Below are positions 20,056 through 31,300 of a DNA stretch of 64,000 bases, piece after piece (position 1 is the stretch's first letter; each line of letters opens with the position of its first letter). The notes beneath the pieces are model-generated. The model had not been told where the DNA came from. It worked only from the letters and a program-made list of their open reading frames with translations, and did not search any database. The translations under genes and the position numbers were made by a program. Source of the stretch: Cyclobacteriaceae bacterium (GTDB taxonomy: Bacteria; Bacteroidota; Bacteroidia; Cytophagales; Cyclobacteriaceae); the NCBI GenBank assembly GCA_020832305.1, contig JAFIEV010000042.1, positions 140,607 through 204,606 on the forward strand, in the 5' to 3' direction.

Positions 20056-20786
20056 TGAAACTCACATTGCATATTTGGAGGCAAAAAAACGCCGGTAGTA
20101 AGGGAAATTTTAAAACTTATCCACTTGAAGGACTCGACCCCAACATGTCGGTTCCGGAAATGCTGGATCACCTGAATGAAATATTAATACGAAAAGGAGA
20201 AGACCCGGTAGCCTTTGAATCAGATTGCCGGGAGGGCATTTGCGGGCAGTGTGGTTTTGTCATTAATGGCCATATCCAGAGTCCGGAGAAAAGCGCCACA
20301 ACCTGTCAAACCCACCTGAGAAGTTTTAATAATGACGATGAACTTTATATAGAGCCTTTCAGGGCTAAATCTTTTCCTGTCAAAAAAGACTTATGCATTG
20401 ATCGCACGGCTTTTGATCGCATCATTGGCGCAGGTGGGTACATAGGTGTCAATACCGGACAGGCTCCCGAAGCCAATAGCATACTCATAGGGCATGATAC
20501 TGCCGAAGAAGCCTTCGATGCCGCAGCTTGTATAGGTTGCGGCGCATGTGTGGCGACCTGCAAAAATGCATCTGCGGCATTGTTTACCGGAGCCAAAATA
20601 GCACATCTCGCCATGCTGCCCCAGGGAAAACTCGAGGCAAAAGCAAGGGCCCGTGCGATGGTTGAACAGATGGATGCGGAAGGTTTTGGCGCCTGTACAT
20701 TCACCCGTGCCTGTGAAGTTGTTTGCCCGCAATCTGTATCGGTAGCCAATATCGTGAAAATGAATAAAGAATTTTTATGGGGATGA
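20055..20786 (+). CDS. sdhB: Succinate dehydrogenase / fumarate reductase iron-sulfur subunit
   Basis: 243-aa ORF with all three Cys clusters intact (CREGICGQC...C, CIGCGACVATC, CTFTRACEVVCP). Its start overlaps the sdhA stop (TAATG). Confidence 0.9.
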   Translation: MKLTLHIWRQKNAGSKGNFKTYPLEGLDPNMSVPEMLDHLNEILIRKGEDPVAFESDCREGICGQCGFVINGHIQSPEKSATTCQTHLRSFNNDDELYIEPFRAKSFPVKKDLCIDRTAFDRIIGAGGYIGVNTGQAPEANSILIGHDTAEEAFDAAACIGCGACVATCKNASAALFTGAKIAHLAMLPQGKLEAKARARAMVEQMDAEGFGACTFTRACEVVCPQSVSVANIVKMNKEFLWG

Positions 20787-20787
20787 C

Positions 20788-20887
20788 TGAGTGAAGAGTG
20801 ATCAGTGATCAGTGAAGAGTGATCGTGTGAAGAGTGATATATTGATAGGTTGAGTGGTAATAGGGTGAGCAATGATGGGGTGAGTTG
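20788..20887. repeat. GTGA-rich short tandem repeat tract
   Basis: GTGAAGAGTGAT occurs at 20791-20802, 20812-20823 and 20827-20838, with a partial AGTGATC copy at 20804-20810. Degenerate GGTGAG units follow up to about 20887. The tract starts 2 nt after the sdhB stop. Confidence 0.7.
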
Positions 20888-20966
20888 TTTGTCAAAAGTA
20901 AAGGAAGTAAACAGCAGACAATTTCAAATCAATAGGTTTTTGAGAGAGGGCATAGACCTATTTTGT

Positions 20967-21000
20967 GGGCAGTGGGAATTAAACATTGCCCCTTTTATTT
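20967..21000. terminator. Weak hairpin with T-run between the convergent sdhB and esterase genes
   Basis: GGGCA (20967-20971) pairs with TGCCC (20987-20991) and is followed by CTTTTATTT. The stem is short, so this is only a possible terminator. Confidence 0.3.
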
Positions 21001-21020
21001 CAAATAATCAAAGCCATTTT

Positions 21021-22226
21021 TTATTTTAACCAGTGCTCCAGCCAATCCATTGCATCATCCTGCATTTCCACATTAAAAGAGTGAGGAACGTCGTACCATT
21101 TTACCTGAAAGCGATCTGAAGCATTTAACTTTTTATAAATTGTATCCAGCTTATCAACTGCAGATTGCATCCCTGCCATGGTATACAAATTATCCTGTAT
21201 GCAGTTTATAACCATTAGCGGCTTTGGTGCACTCAGTGATGTTACATCCGGCAAATCAAGCCAATCCAATTGCCCCGGAATGTAAATCATCCAGGTATGG
21301 TTCCTGAAGTGATTATCTATCTGTTCTGGGTAGGATGTCATCCAACCTGCATCCACACATACTGAAATTCTGGAATCCATAGCAAAAAGATGGGCGCTTC
21401 TGAATCCCCCGATGGAAAGGCCTGTGCAGCCTATCCTTTTTGGATCTACCTGAGGCAAGCTTAACAAGTAATCAACGGCGATTCTGTCACCATGAAAAAG
21501 TATACCAGGCCAGGTTGCACCCGAACCAAATATGTACCGCGCCATAATATTTTCATGAGCGTTGGCGAACCTATTAAATTCGGCAATCCTCAATTTTTCA
21601 TCAGAAGATTGAAGTTCAGGATAAATTCTCGTAAAATTTTCCGAAACCTTGCTGATGTCAATGCGTTGTGACCCGAAGTAAAATGCATCGGGGCATAGAA
21701 CCACAAAACCTCTTCGTGCCAGTTCATCGGCATAAGTTCTTCCTCCATAGGATCGGTCTATAAATTGCCGCAAATCTTCAGGCGGATTTTCCGTTTCAAC
21801 GATTTTCTCTTTTCCAAAAAAATAAAAACCTCCGTGGTCATGTAGCGCAATGACAGCAGGGGCAGGTTCTGTCAATCCGTCGGGGACAAGCAGAAAAGCC
21901 CCTCCCCTCCGATGTTCCGTTATAGAATATTCTACGATGTAACGCGTATAACCCTCTTTTTTGATGGTATCTAGCACTACTGCATTCAATGGCACCGGTA
22001 TCGGGGCATAATTCAATAAATCATTCATTTTGGCCCGTCCCATCAAACGCCAGGCTTCCAAATCCGGCCAATCTTTAGAAAGATAAGACAATGACATCGA
22101 CCTGTTATCTGCATGACTTTGTATCTCAAGATGAAATTGACCAACATCCTGCTTAGCTTTTTGGGCAATCAGCTGTGAAAAAGCAAAAAAACACATGTAA
22201 AACAGGAGAAAGATACCTTTTTTCAT
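21021..22226 (-). CDS. Secreted alpha/beta hydrolase (acetyl esterase / dienelactone hydrolase-like)
   Basis: 401-aa ORF with an N-terminal signal peptide (MKKGIFLLFYMCFFAFSQLIAQ), the GLSIGG nucleophile elbow and a C-terminal His (DVPHSF). Confidence 0.65.
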   Translation of the reverse strand: MKKGIFLLFYMCFFAFSQLIAQKAKQDVGQFHLEIQSHADNRSMSLSYLSKDWPDLEAWRLMGRAKMNDLLNYAPIPVPLNAVVLDTIKKEGYTRYIVEYSITEHRRGGAFLLVPDGLTEPAPAVIALHDHGGFYFFGKEKIVETENPPEDLRQFIDRSYGGRTYADELARRGFVVLCPDAFYFGSQRIDISKVSENFTRIYPELQSSDEKLRIAEFNRFANAHENIMARYIFGSGATWPGILFHGDRIAVDYLLSLPQVDPKRIGCTGLSIGGFRSAHLFAMDSRISVCVDAGWMTSYPEQIDNHFRNHTWMIYIPGQLDWLDLPDVTSLSAPKPLMVINCIQDNLYTMAGMQSAVDKLDTIYKKLNASDRFQVKWYDVPHSFNVEMQDDAMDWLEHWLK

Positions 22227-22293
22227 AGCACCAGGTTTATTTGCACTGCACGTTTATAAAATAAGTCAGCCTGGAAAATATAACAAAAATTCA

Positions 22294-23337
22294 TTAGCTA
22301 AAGGTCGAGCCCAAACCAATAAAAGCCACAGAAAGCATAATCAGGATAATACCCAGGATTAAAGTAAACTTCGCCTTCTCAGATGACCCTTTCCATTCTT
22401 TTAAATATATCCCCCAGATATTGCTCAGCAAAATAATAAATGACATATGAAAAGTCCATGAAACAAATTCATACTTGCCCATGAAGGTAGTTCCCATTCC
22501 ATAAAAGAAAAACTGAAGGTACCATATCGAACCTGCCAGAAGTGAATAACTGTAATTTTTCAATAACAGCTTAGCTCCCCCGGAAAAGAAGTCAGAACCA
22601 CGTTTATTCTTTATAAGCAGATAAACACAAGCTATAACGTTTGAAGTAAAGCCGCCTAATAAAATCACAAACAGAATGGAATTATTTTGCCACACATCAT
22701 TGGTGCCATATTTCAATGCAATATCCGCTATGGGCTTACCTGATGCCAGACCGAAGGCCATACATGCACTTAATATACCAGAAATCAATGCTACGGTCAA
22801 TCCTTTTTTCAAATCATATTCTGCAATGCCTGATTTTGCTGCGCTTGTAATCTGATTTTTCAGGCGTTCCTTGAGCACCCCGGCAAATCCACAAATAAGT
22901 ATACCGGTCAATCCGGTAATGATACCGGCCAGTATCCACATACCACCGGGTTCCATTAAAGTAGACCAAAGTTTACCTTCGTATAACGGGGGAATTAACG
23001 TACCCACGGCTGCTGATAAACCCAGTATCAGCGCATAACCCAGCGATAAGCCCAGATACCGCATGGCCAGGCCAAATGTGAGCCCTCCAATCCCCCATAA
23101 AAACCCAAAAAAGTAAGTCCATGATAAGGTTTCCAGCTCACTTTCAGTGATAACCTTCCAAAAATTGGGGGTGGTGAGCCATCCGAAAACAAATGGCATT
23201 ATAATCCAAGAAGAAATACCATTTACAAGCCAGTAGGTTTCCCATGCCCATTTTTTAACTTTGGTCAAGGGCACATAAAAACTTGCCGAGGCAGTACTGC
23301 CGATCAGGTGGTAAAAAATTCCAAAAATTACATTCAT
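22294..23337 (-). CDS. rhaT: L-rhamnose/H+ symporter family transporter
   Basis: 347-aa, 10-TM protein. It aligns along its full length with my recollection of E. coli RhaT (HLIG..SA..FY.P.KKVKKW.WET.W; MRYLG.S.G; WYLQFFFY; HMSF..L...W....KEW). Confidence 0.85.
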   Translation of the reverse strand: MNVIFGIFYHLIGSTASASFYVPLTKVKKWAWETYWLVNGISSWIIMPFVFGWLTTPNFWKVITESELETLSWTYFFGFLWGIGGLTFGLAMRYLGLSLGYALILGLSAAVGTLIPPLYEGKLWSTLMEPGGMWILAGIITGLTGILICGFAGVLKERLKNQITSAAKSGIAEYDLKKGLTVALISGILSACMAFGLASGKPIADIALKYGTNDVWQNNSILFVILLGGFTSNVIACVYLLIKNKRGSDFFSGGAKLLLKNYSYSLLAGSIWYLQFFFYGMGTTFMGKYEFVSWTFHMSFIILLSNIWGIYLKEWKGSSEKAKFTLILGIILIMLSVAFIGLGSTFS

Positions 23338-23408
23338 CTTTCCAAATTAAATATGGCATAAACAGGCCTGTAAAAAAAATCTGCTTTGGTATAAAACAAC
23401 TGCAAGCA

Positions 23409-24836
23409 TCATTGAATTTTCACTACTTCCATCTGCAATAAATGCCCGAGTTTTTCGATTTTGTGCACTATGTGACCTATCCCCACAGCACAGTGGTGGG
23501 CAGGGCCCTGACTGTTCCATGCATTTACAAAAGCCCTGGCACCCATCGGAAATTTGTAACGACTGTTGGTATTCCCTATCTCCAGAATTGGGCCTGGTAC
23601 TGATTCTCCTTCGGCTGTAAGCAAACATAAGCCTCCCCCTGTTTTCTCAATCACCGACAAAAGGGTTACCGGACCGTGTTTCACCGACATTTCCACAGAT
23701 AAGCCCTTGCCTACCTTTCCATGGTATACCTCCAGCGGCCTTACTTTGGTTTTACCTTCTGCAATGGCAATATGACCCGGACCATCATGCCCCATTAATA
23801 CCACATCGGCCTTGTAATCCATGGCATAATATTCTGTAAAGGAGCCACCTACGCCAAAGGCATCGAGTATTTTCATGGCCTGTGCATTTTTTATTTCATA
23901 TTCTCCGGCCACAGGAATATGCCGTGCAGTCAGTAACGAATTGCCCAGGATAATTGAGCTTATGGTCTCTTCATTTTCAGGATTGCCACTGCCTTTATAA
24001 TAATAAGCCATAGATCCCAGCTGATATTTTTCAACCAAAACGTCTAGCGCCAGGGATGTTTTAGCAGCTTTTCTCAATTCTTCATCAGAACACCCAGGCT
24101 GAATATCAAAAACTTCATGAAACAGATCAATCCTTAGTTTGATTTCAGCATCCCCTGTTTCACGACGCAAAGCGGTTAGTTCATCAACTTCAACCATTTG
24201 GAAATGTCCGCCAAAATGCGCCAGCTGGGTGGTGAGGTCTGTATAAATATCCAGCATACCAGAATAGTAATTGCCCATACAGGCCATGCGGTTTTGCGAC
24301 ATGATAAATGCTACCCTGGCGGCTTCAACCCATGCAGAGATCTCATCGAGTACATATTGGTCTTCGCGCAACATGCCGGTTACCTGATGAAATTGAATAC
24401 CAGTGCGTCTGAAGACATTGGCTATTTCAGGGACAGGGCAAGGTGCACAATGTGCCAGCCATTCACCGGTCATTTTAGTACGGTCAGACAGTTTATGAAA
24501 TGATGTATAATCTATACTTGCCTCAGGGCTGAGGTTTAAAATAATTACCGGGACTTTAGCCCTTTGCGCCACTGGCAAAACAGTAGAGGAAAGCGCATAG
24601 GTGGTTACATGCAAAAAAATGATATCGACATTTTCCTGACGGAACCTATGACCGGCATCAAAAGCCTTATCTACCGTATCGATAAGGCCAAGGTTAACAA
24701 CCGTATCCCCAAATTGATTGAGGGTAGACTCCACTTCAGCAAGATAAGATTGTAGCCTGTCCCTGAGTCCTTCGAATTGGGGCCAGTAGGCATCGAGTCC
24801 AATACCAAACAAGCCAATTTTTACATTTAAAGACAT
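23409..24836 (-). CDS. L-fucose / L-arabinose isomerase family protein (substrate unknown)
   Basis: 475-aa ORF. The N-terminus KIGLFGIGLDAYWPQFEGL and its overall length fit the uncharacterised branch of this isomerase superfamily. It is neither canonical FucI nor AraA by size or motifs. Confidence 0.7.
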   Translation of the reverse strand: MSLNVKIGLFGIGLDAYWPQFEGLRDRLQSYLAEVESTLNQFGDTVVNLGLIDTVDKAFDAGHRFRQENVDIIFLHVTTYALSSTVLPVAQRAKVPVIILNLSPEASIDYTSFHKLSDRTKMTGEWLAHCAPCPVPEIANVFRRTGIQFHQVTGMLREDQYVLDEISAWVEAARVAFIMSQNRMACMGNYYSGMLDIYTDLTTQLAHFGGHFQMVEVDELTALRRETGDAEIKLRIDLFHEVFDIQPGCSDEELRKAAKTSLALDVLVEKYQLGSMAYYYKGSGNPENEETISSIILGNSLLTARHIPVAGEYEIKNAQAMKILDAFGVGGSFTEYYAMDYKADVVLMGHDGPGHIAIAEGKTKVRPLEVYHGKVGKGLSVEMSVKHGPVTLLSVIEKTGGGLCLLTAEGESVPGPILEIGNTNSRYKFPMGARAFVNAWNSQGPAHHCAVGIGHIVHKIEKLGHLLQMEVVKIQ

Positions 24837-25277
24837 TATAATTTAAAAAAAATTAACATTTTGAGATTCATCTCCAATCTAAAAAAAATCAGTTTACAAA
24901 TATTAAAAAGTTAAGAACTATTTTAAGATAATTACAAAGTGCCTGATTTTTGCTTCAATATCTTTTTTTGTCTTGTGGTCGAGTTGTTCTTTATAAATGA
25001 CAAGCCGGGTTTTGTATAAATCACCCTCCCAAACTGAAATTATACATCTAAATAAAGCACTACTGCATGTAATGTTTCTGCATGAAAAGTCACAAAAGTA
25101 TTTTTACAGTGCTTTAAGCAGCATCAAAATATTTGCATTTTTGAATTTTACATTTATCATATTCTTTAATTTTTATTAACTTATTATGATATTATTCATT
25201 ATTCCATTTTTTAAACCGATGTACCATTAATTTAATTTTACCAATGCTAAATATTACTTTTCCTACTTTTAATTTGA

Positions 25278-25285
25278 TATTTTTG
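25278..25285 (+). promoter_or_regulatory. Candidate -7 promoter box (TATTTTTG) upstream of the giant gene
   Basis: Matches TAnnTTTG 70-118 nt upstream of the two candidate ATGs, inside a 518-bp very AT-rich spacer. Confidence 0.3.
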
Positions 25286-25354
25286 CCCATCAAAAGTGTC
25301 AGGTTTCTGCCTATGCCCAACATAGTCAGGGATATATAAATTATTTATTACCAT

Positions 25355-28300
25355 ATGAAGAATTTATTACCTTTGGTATGCCTCAGGTTGTATGACTTGA
25401 GTATGCATACTTTGTATTTTCGCGTTCAATGCAAAACAAAATTGTTACTAATACTGGCATTATTCGCACTTCACCTATGTCATTCTCCGAACGTTTACGC
25501 ACAAAGTGGTCCGGGTGGCGTGGGGAACGAAACAGGCACTTCGGGACAACCCAGAAATGTAATGTGGTACCTTCCCGGCAGTATGGTTAATACCGCAGGA
25601 AACCTTTCGCAATGGAACGATGTTTCCGGAAATGAAAACAACATCAGTCAACCCATACCTGCCTGGCGGCCACAGATTAATTCTTTCTCAACGTTTAATT
25701 ATCTGCGTTTCGATGGTACAGACGACCGCCTTCCCATTAATGGCGAGCTGCTCACCAATACACCTTACACCATCTTCATGGTAACGGGCAGAAGGGCCAA
25801 TGGTCTCGCAGGTGGTGGGGTTTTAATGGGAGGAAGTACCGGTTCCGCCAATCAAAACCTTCATCCATTTTTCAACAGTAATACCGAAATACGCAATCAC
25901 CATTGGGGGAATGATTTTAACGCCACTATTTCTCCGGCTTTAACAGCTGGTACTGAAAATTTTGGCGTTTTTGCTTTTCGGCTCAACAGTGGCAACAGAA
26001 GTATGTTTCAAAACGGAGGTCATCTGGGGAATGGTGGTTCCGGAGCGCAATTGAGCTCATTTACGGATGCCCATCTGGGCCACAGACCCAATGGATCTAA
26101 TTTTGGTCAAATAGACCTCGCGGAGTTTATCGCTTTTCAAAATACCCTGAATGATGCGCAAGTACTCATAGTTTCTACTTATCTCAGTAAAAAATATGGA
26201 CTAATTATTTCTCCTTCTGCCACCGACCTCTATACCGGTGCGGCGGCAACCTATCTGAGAGACCTGGCGGGAATCGGCCGGCTCACGGGCGCTGCCGGCG
26301 GTGTAGATGGTTTTCACGATATAGCTGGTTCTGCAGGATTGTATTTATCAGGTGCAGCAGATTTTATGAGTGGAGAATTTGTGATGGCCGGACATGCAGG
26401 CGGCGGAAAAGGAACCAGTACAGCTAATCTCAGCGGCACGGTAACGCATCGCTGGGAAAGAGATTGGTATATTAAAAAAACAGGTAATCCTTCAACCACT
26501 CGACTGGCGTTCAGTATGCAGGAAGGGGTAAGTGGCGGACAGTTCCCCGGTGACTTGAGCAATTACGTGTTACTATACCGATCCGGCACTACCGGTGATT
26601 ACAGTATAATCTCAACCGGGGCATTTTTAACAGGCTCCGACAGAATTAGTTTTGATGTATCTGACGCTGATCTTCAGGATGGTTATTATACGCCAGGTAC
26701 TACCAACAATACAAACAGTCCGATAACCGGAACCGGAGCAGTAACCTGGTATTCATATACAGGCGGTGGCAACTGGAATGATCCCGCTACCTGGACGCTG
26801 GATCCCAGTGGAACTGATTATGTTAATCCCGGAGGAAATGGAAAGCCTTCTGATAATCCGGTGAGCCGGGTGGTTATTCTAAACGGTCGCACCGTTGTAA
26901 TGGACGGCAACAACTTTCAAAATGCCTTTCTTGAAATTGAAGCAGGCGCAGTACTCGATCTGGTAATTACAAGTAATCATAGTTTTGGTGAGATACGCGG
27001 ACAAGGAATTATAAGAACTCAAAATGCCGATAATTTTCCATTATTTACACTTGCCACTGATTTTCAAAACAATGGCACCTTTGAAATAACAGGCGCAGGA
27101 AGCAGTCTGACAGGCAGTGCTACTACGGGTACATTTCATAATCTGAGAATCAATCTCAATGCAGAGACAAATATTTTTACTCAGTTAAGAAATATAACAA
27201 TAAATGGAAATCTGACAATCCAAAGGGGGACTTTCAGAATAAACGACGATGTAAGCACCATAAGGCTTGATCTCACCATTTCTGGTAATGTAACCATAGA
27301 AAGCCAGGGACGCATAAGGGTAGGTCAGGGTAATACCCTTGCTAATAATATTGGTGGAAGCCAACCCTACCGGATCGCGTTAAATGATAACCTAAGCTAC
27401 AATAACGGTCAAACCAATCTCCCCCCTACCATTGAATACTACAACCTGTACCACCGGGTGGGGATCTTTGGAAACTTTACCAACAATGGCAATGTGCGGT
27501 TTACCAATCAGGACAAACCCAACTATGGCGCATTCGCCGGTCAGGCAGATTTATATGCCCAAAGCGATGCAGCATCTGTAGCGCCCGGGGCGGCAACAGT
27601 GGCATTCAGGGGGACTGCCAATACCGTTGTTACCCTAAACGGAACTACGGATTTTTATCAGCTGATAGTCAATAAAGGAATAAACGAAACACATATTCTC
27701 AGGCTTAATGCCTCGCAACCACAATTTTTTAACCTATACGGTCCAAATCGCCTGGGTGGTGTCACAACAGGCAATGCCAATATGGGCCCAATGGGGAACT
27801 ACACTGCCAATGCAAGTGGCAACGTAATGTCAATGAAGGCCTTGTGTTTATTAAATGGCACCCTTGAGGTGGCCGGAAGAACCATTCTACTCTCTCTTAC
27901 CAACACGGGTGGAGCTGGCAACGTCAATTCTGATTATTATGTACCCGCAACAGCCCGACTATGGGTCAACAGCCCTAACGCAGAAGTTTACACCACCATT
28001 GATGCACAAAATTCAGGGCCAAATTATCCGGTAAGAGATTTTGTCAATATCGCTAATGTTCTGCCTTCAGCTTATGGTGGGACTCCCCAAAATCGTCTGC
28101 CAAATACGGCCATAGAAGGCATAAATTATGACCACCGTGGTTCAGCAACGGCCTTATCAATTATTGGCACTGTACAAGTTAGCCAGGGTATTTTAAGTAA
28201 TCGCAACAGCGCCGGTTTTATTTACCGTGCTTCTGCTCCTTCTAGGGTAATTGTAGAAGGTGGTTTTGTAGATACATCGGTATTCAGAAGTGAAGATGGT

Positions 28301-31300
28301 GGCAGTGGGGGTAGTTCTGCCTTTGTAATGACAGGTGGTAAAATGACTGTAAGAGGTAATGACACGGCCAACAATCTTTTTGGTGATGTGGGCAGTGGGC
28401 ACCCCCTTTTTACAGTAGCCCTTCCGCAAAATTCTTTCACTATGTCAGGCGGAACCCTGGAGGTTACCAATGCCAGTACCAGCGGTATTTTTCTGGTAGG
28501 TTCAGCACCCAGCAATGTAAATGTAAGCGGTGGAACTGTACGTCTGGTTTTGAACAACTATAACAATAACCGATCAAGAATCTCTTCTACGGCTCCTTTT
28601 TACAATTTGGTTTTGGCCAATAATACCACCAATAACAATGATAACAGAAGGTTTTTTCTGGAACCGATTAATGATGTAAATGGCACTGATTTCGCAGCGC
28701 GCCCATTGGTAATACTAAATGACCTGATACTGGAAGGTGGTCTCACCCGTACTACCACAGGAAATGTGTACAGCACCTATCTGGATGCCTGTGGCAGTGG
28801 AAATTGCCAGAATATAAGTATCGGAAGAAATCTGCGCATTGAGGACAACACTGTTTTAGACCTATGGAGCGGCAATGCCAACAATGAAGGTAGTTCTACG
28901 ATATCCTTTACCGGCTCAAATAATGCACACATCTATGTGGGAGATATCACTACCTTCAATAAAGATTTTGTAGGTTACTCAGATCCTGAGGGTGGTTCTG
29001 TTGATCCTTTCCTGGATTGGGAACATCCCTTTTATAACCTTATCGTAAACAAGCCTTCGGGATCGCTTTCATTACAAGCCAAATCACCCGGTATTGGTCC
29101 CAATACAGATAATAGCAAACTTGCGTCCGGTGGTAAAAACATCCGGGATTGGAGGACCAATCTCATTAAAGTCACCAACCAATTCAGACTTGAGAATGGT
29201 GATTTTAACCAAACAGATAACCGAAATCTAACCTTCACCCAACCAGCCCCTCTTACCGGGACATTCAATATATCTTATAGCTTGCGCCTTTATGTAGATG
29301 AAATTTTTCTGAATGGAAACTTATTTAATTACGAAGAGGGTCTTTCACCTAAAAATGCCAGCGTTCGCTTTAGGAGTGGTGCTGGTGTGATCAATTTATC
29401 TGCCACATCCAATGCTTCCATAGGCAACGTGCGATTAAATTTAAATGGAATACCAGGCGGAGATACCCTGTATTTAAATTCCAATGTGTACATTAAAAGG
29501 ATGGAATTCAGGCATGGCAAAGTCAATCTGCGCACCCATAACCTGAAAATAGATATATTGGATATCAATTTTGCTAATAATGCTGCTCAGGTAAACAGAG
29601 CTGCTGGAACACAACCTGTATTTGACAATAACAATATCTTTTTGTCATCCGGCAACTCCTCCGATGGTGGTTTATCTCTTAAATGGCCAAGGCCGGTAAA
29701 CACCAACTATCCAGAATACTGGAGCAATAACAACGCCTACAATCAAGCGAGATTGCTTTGGTTTCCAATAGGGCCTGACCTAAGTCCGTCTAATTCATCC
29801 TTGAATATGGGCGTTGTCTTTTTTCATGACGACCCTGAAGCATTTACCGATGAAGGATACGTTAATGTGAAAATAGTTAAAGGAATTTCTTCTCTGGTCA
29901 ATAACACTGAAACCTCCGGTCATTTGCTTCAGGTACACTGGAGGGTAGGCTTTGAAGGATTCACCAATTTGACGCCTACCGTATCTCATGTATTTGGTTA
30001 CCAGGATTCCCAAACAGACGATGGCGTGAATGGTGGCAATGAGGTTAACTACGTACCGGGAAGCATATTAAGCGAGGTGCCTTTTACCAGAAGTGCTCAA
30101 AATGCTTCCAACATTAAAACAGGCGGTGATACGGGTGTAAATGGACAGCTTCTGGGCAGCAACCCCAGAAATGTACTCGTTTTTAATAATTCGATAACGA
30201 CCATAGGAAACAGCAGGATGGTCACCAATAATGATCCGGCAGTCTACAACTGGACGGGATTTCCAGGCGATGGATTTCCCTTGGTAAAATCCATTTATAC
30301 TGCCGGTGCTGAAGGGTATTTTGTTGGGGCGCCTACGGTCTATTTCAGCAGGAGAACCGGTGACAATATGAATTGGAATAATACTAATTCATGGTCTACT
30401 GTAAGTCATACGGGTGCTCCGGCCGGAAACTTTCCCAAAGCCGGAGATATTGCCATTTTATTTGGAAATAATACAGCAGGCTCGGGAGGCAGGCATTGGT
30501 ACAACATCAATGTAGATGTAAATGTGGCTGAAATTATCTTTCGCGATGTGGCTGAGTTAGCCAATCAACCCTGGAGACCCAGATTGACTACACCCGCAGA
30601 CAGAACTATTAGTGCTGGAAGGATTTCAGGGCCTGGTGAACTATATTTAACCATGAACAATTCCTCTACATCACAGGTGTTTGCTGATCTTGGAGAGTTC
30701 GTTTTAAACGAAAATGCAAGAATGAACTTCAGACATGAAGGAAGCAATAACACTATAATTAACCTGCCCGCCAACCTAACGGCATTTCCCAGACTAGATT
30801 TTGAATCAAGCGGCGGCAACAGAAGTATTCGGGTTTTCCAACCCATTACGATAAATCAGTCTTGGGCAATAGGGCAAACAGCCATTGCAATAGTTGACCA
30901 TAATGTTGTGGTGAAAAGAAATCTTCAGAATCGCGATAATACGACTGGCAGGGTAAGATTTGGGCAATCCGGTAACTGGACCCTGCATGTGGAGGGAGAT
31001 ATTCGTATGGGAAACCCGTCTGATGGCGCTTTTGACATAACGGTACTAAATACAAACCCTAATACACTTAGACACATACTAAAAGTGGCGGGGGATATCA
31101 CTCATAATACCGGAGTTTTGCAATTGTATAACGGAGGCGGTGCCAATAACAATGCTACACTTGAACTAACAGGTTCTGAAAATGCAAGTTACACCAAAAT
31201 TTCTGGTGGAGCTACTTCCTTTTACAAGGTAGTGATGAATAAAGCAAATAAGGATTTTTCCTTCACTTTTTCAAATGCCGGCACTTTCCAACTCCCTACA

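Noticed and set aside
20345-20872. 175-aa minus-strand ORF with a His/Ser-rich N-terminus (HSSHDHSSLITDHSSL).
   Set aside because: It is antisense to the well-supported sdhB gene. Its unusual N-terminus is only the translation of the GTGA-rich repeat, so it is a shadow ORF.
20788-20887. Possible CRISPR array or minisatellite.
   Set aside because: The units are only 12-15 nt with no unique spacers, and no cas genes are present. I treat it as a simple tandem repeat.
23347-23628. 93-aa ORF spanning the rhaT / isomerase junction.
   Set aside because: It is out of frame with, and mostly inside, the 3' end of the isomerase-family gene. The sequence is Cys/Arg/Ser-rich and not protein-like.
24997-25179. 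60-aa ORF in the AT-rich spacer upstream of the giant gene.
   Set aside because: Its Phe/Ile/Asn-rich composition reflects AT-rich non-coding DNA, and it has no start context or motif.
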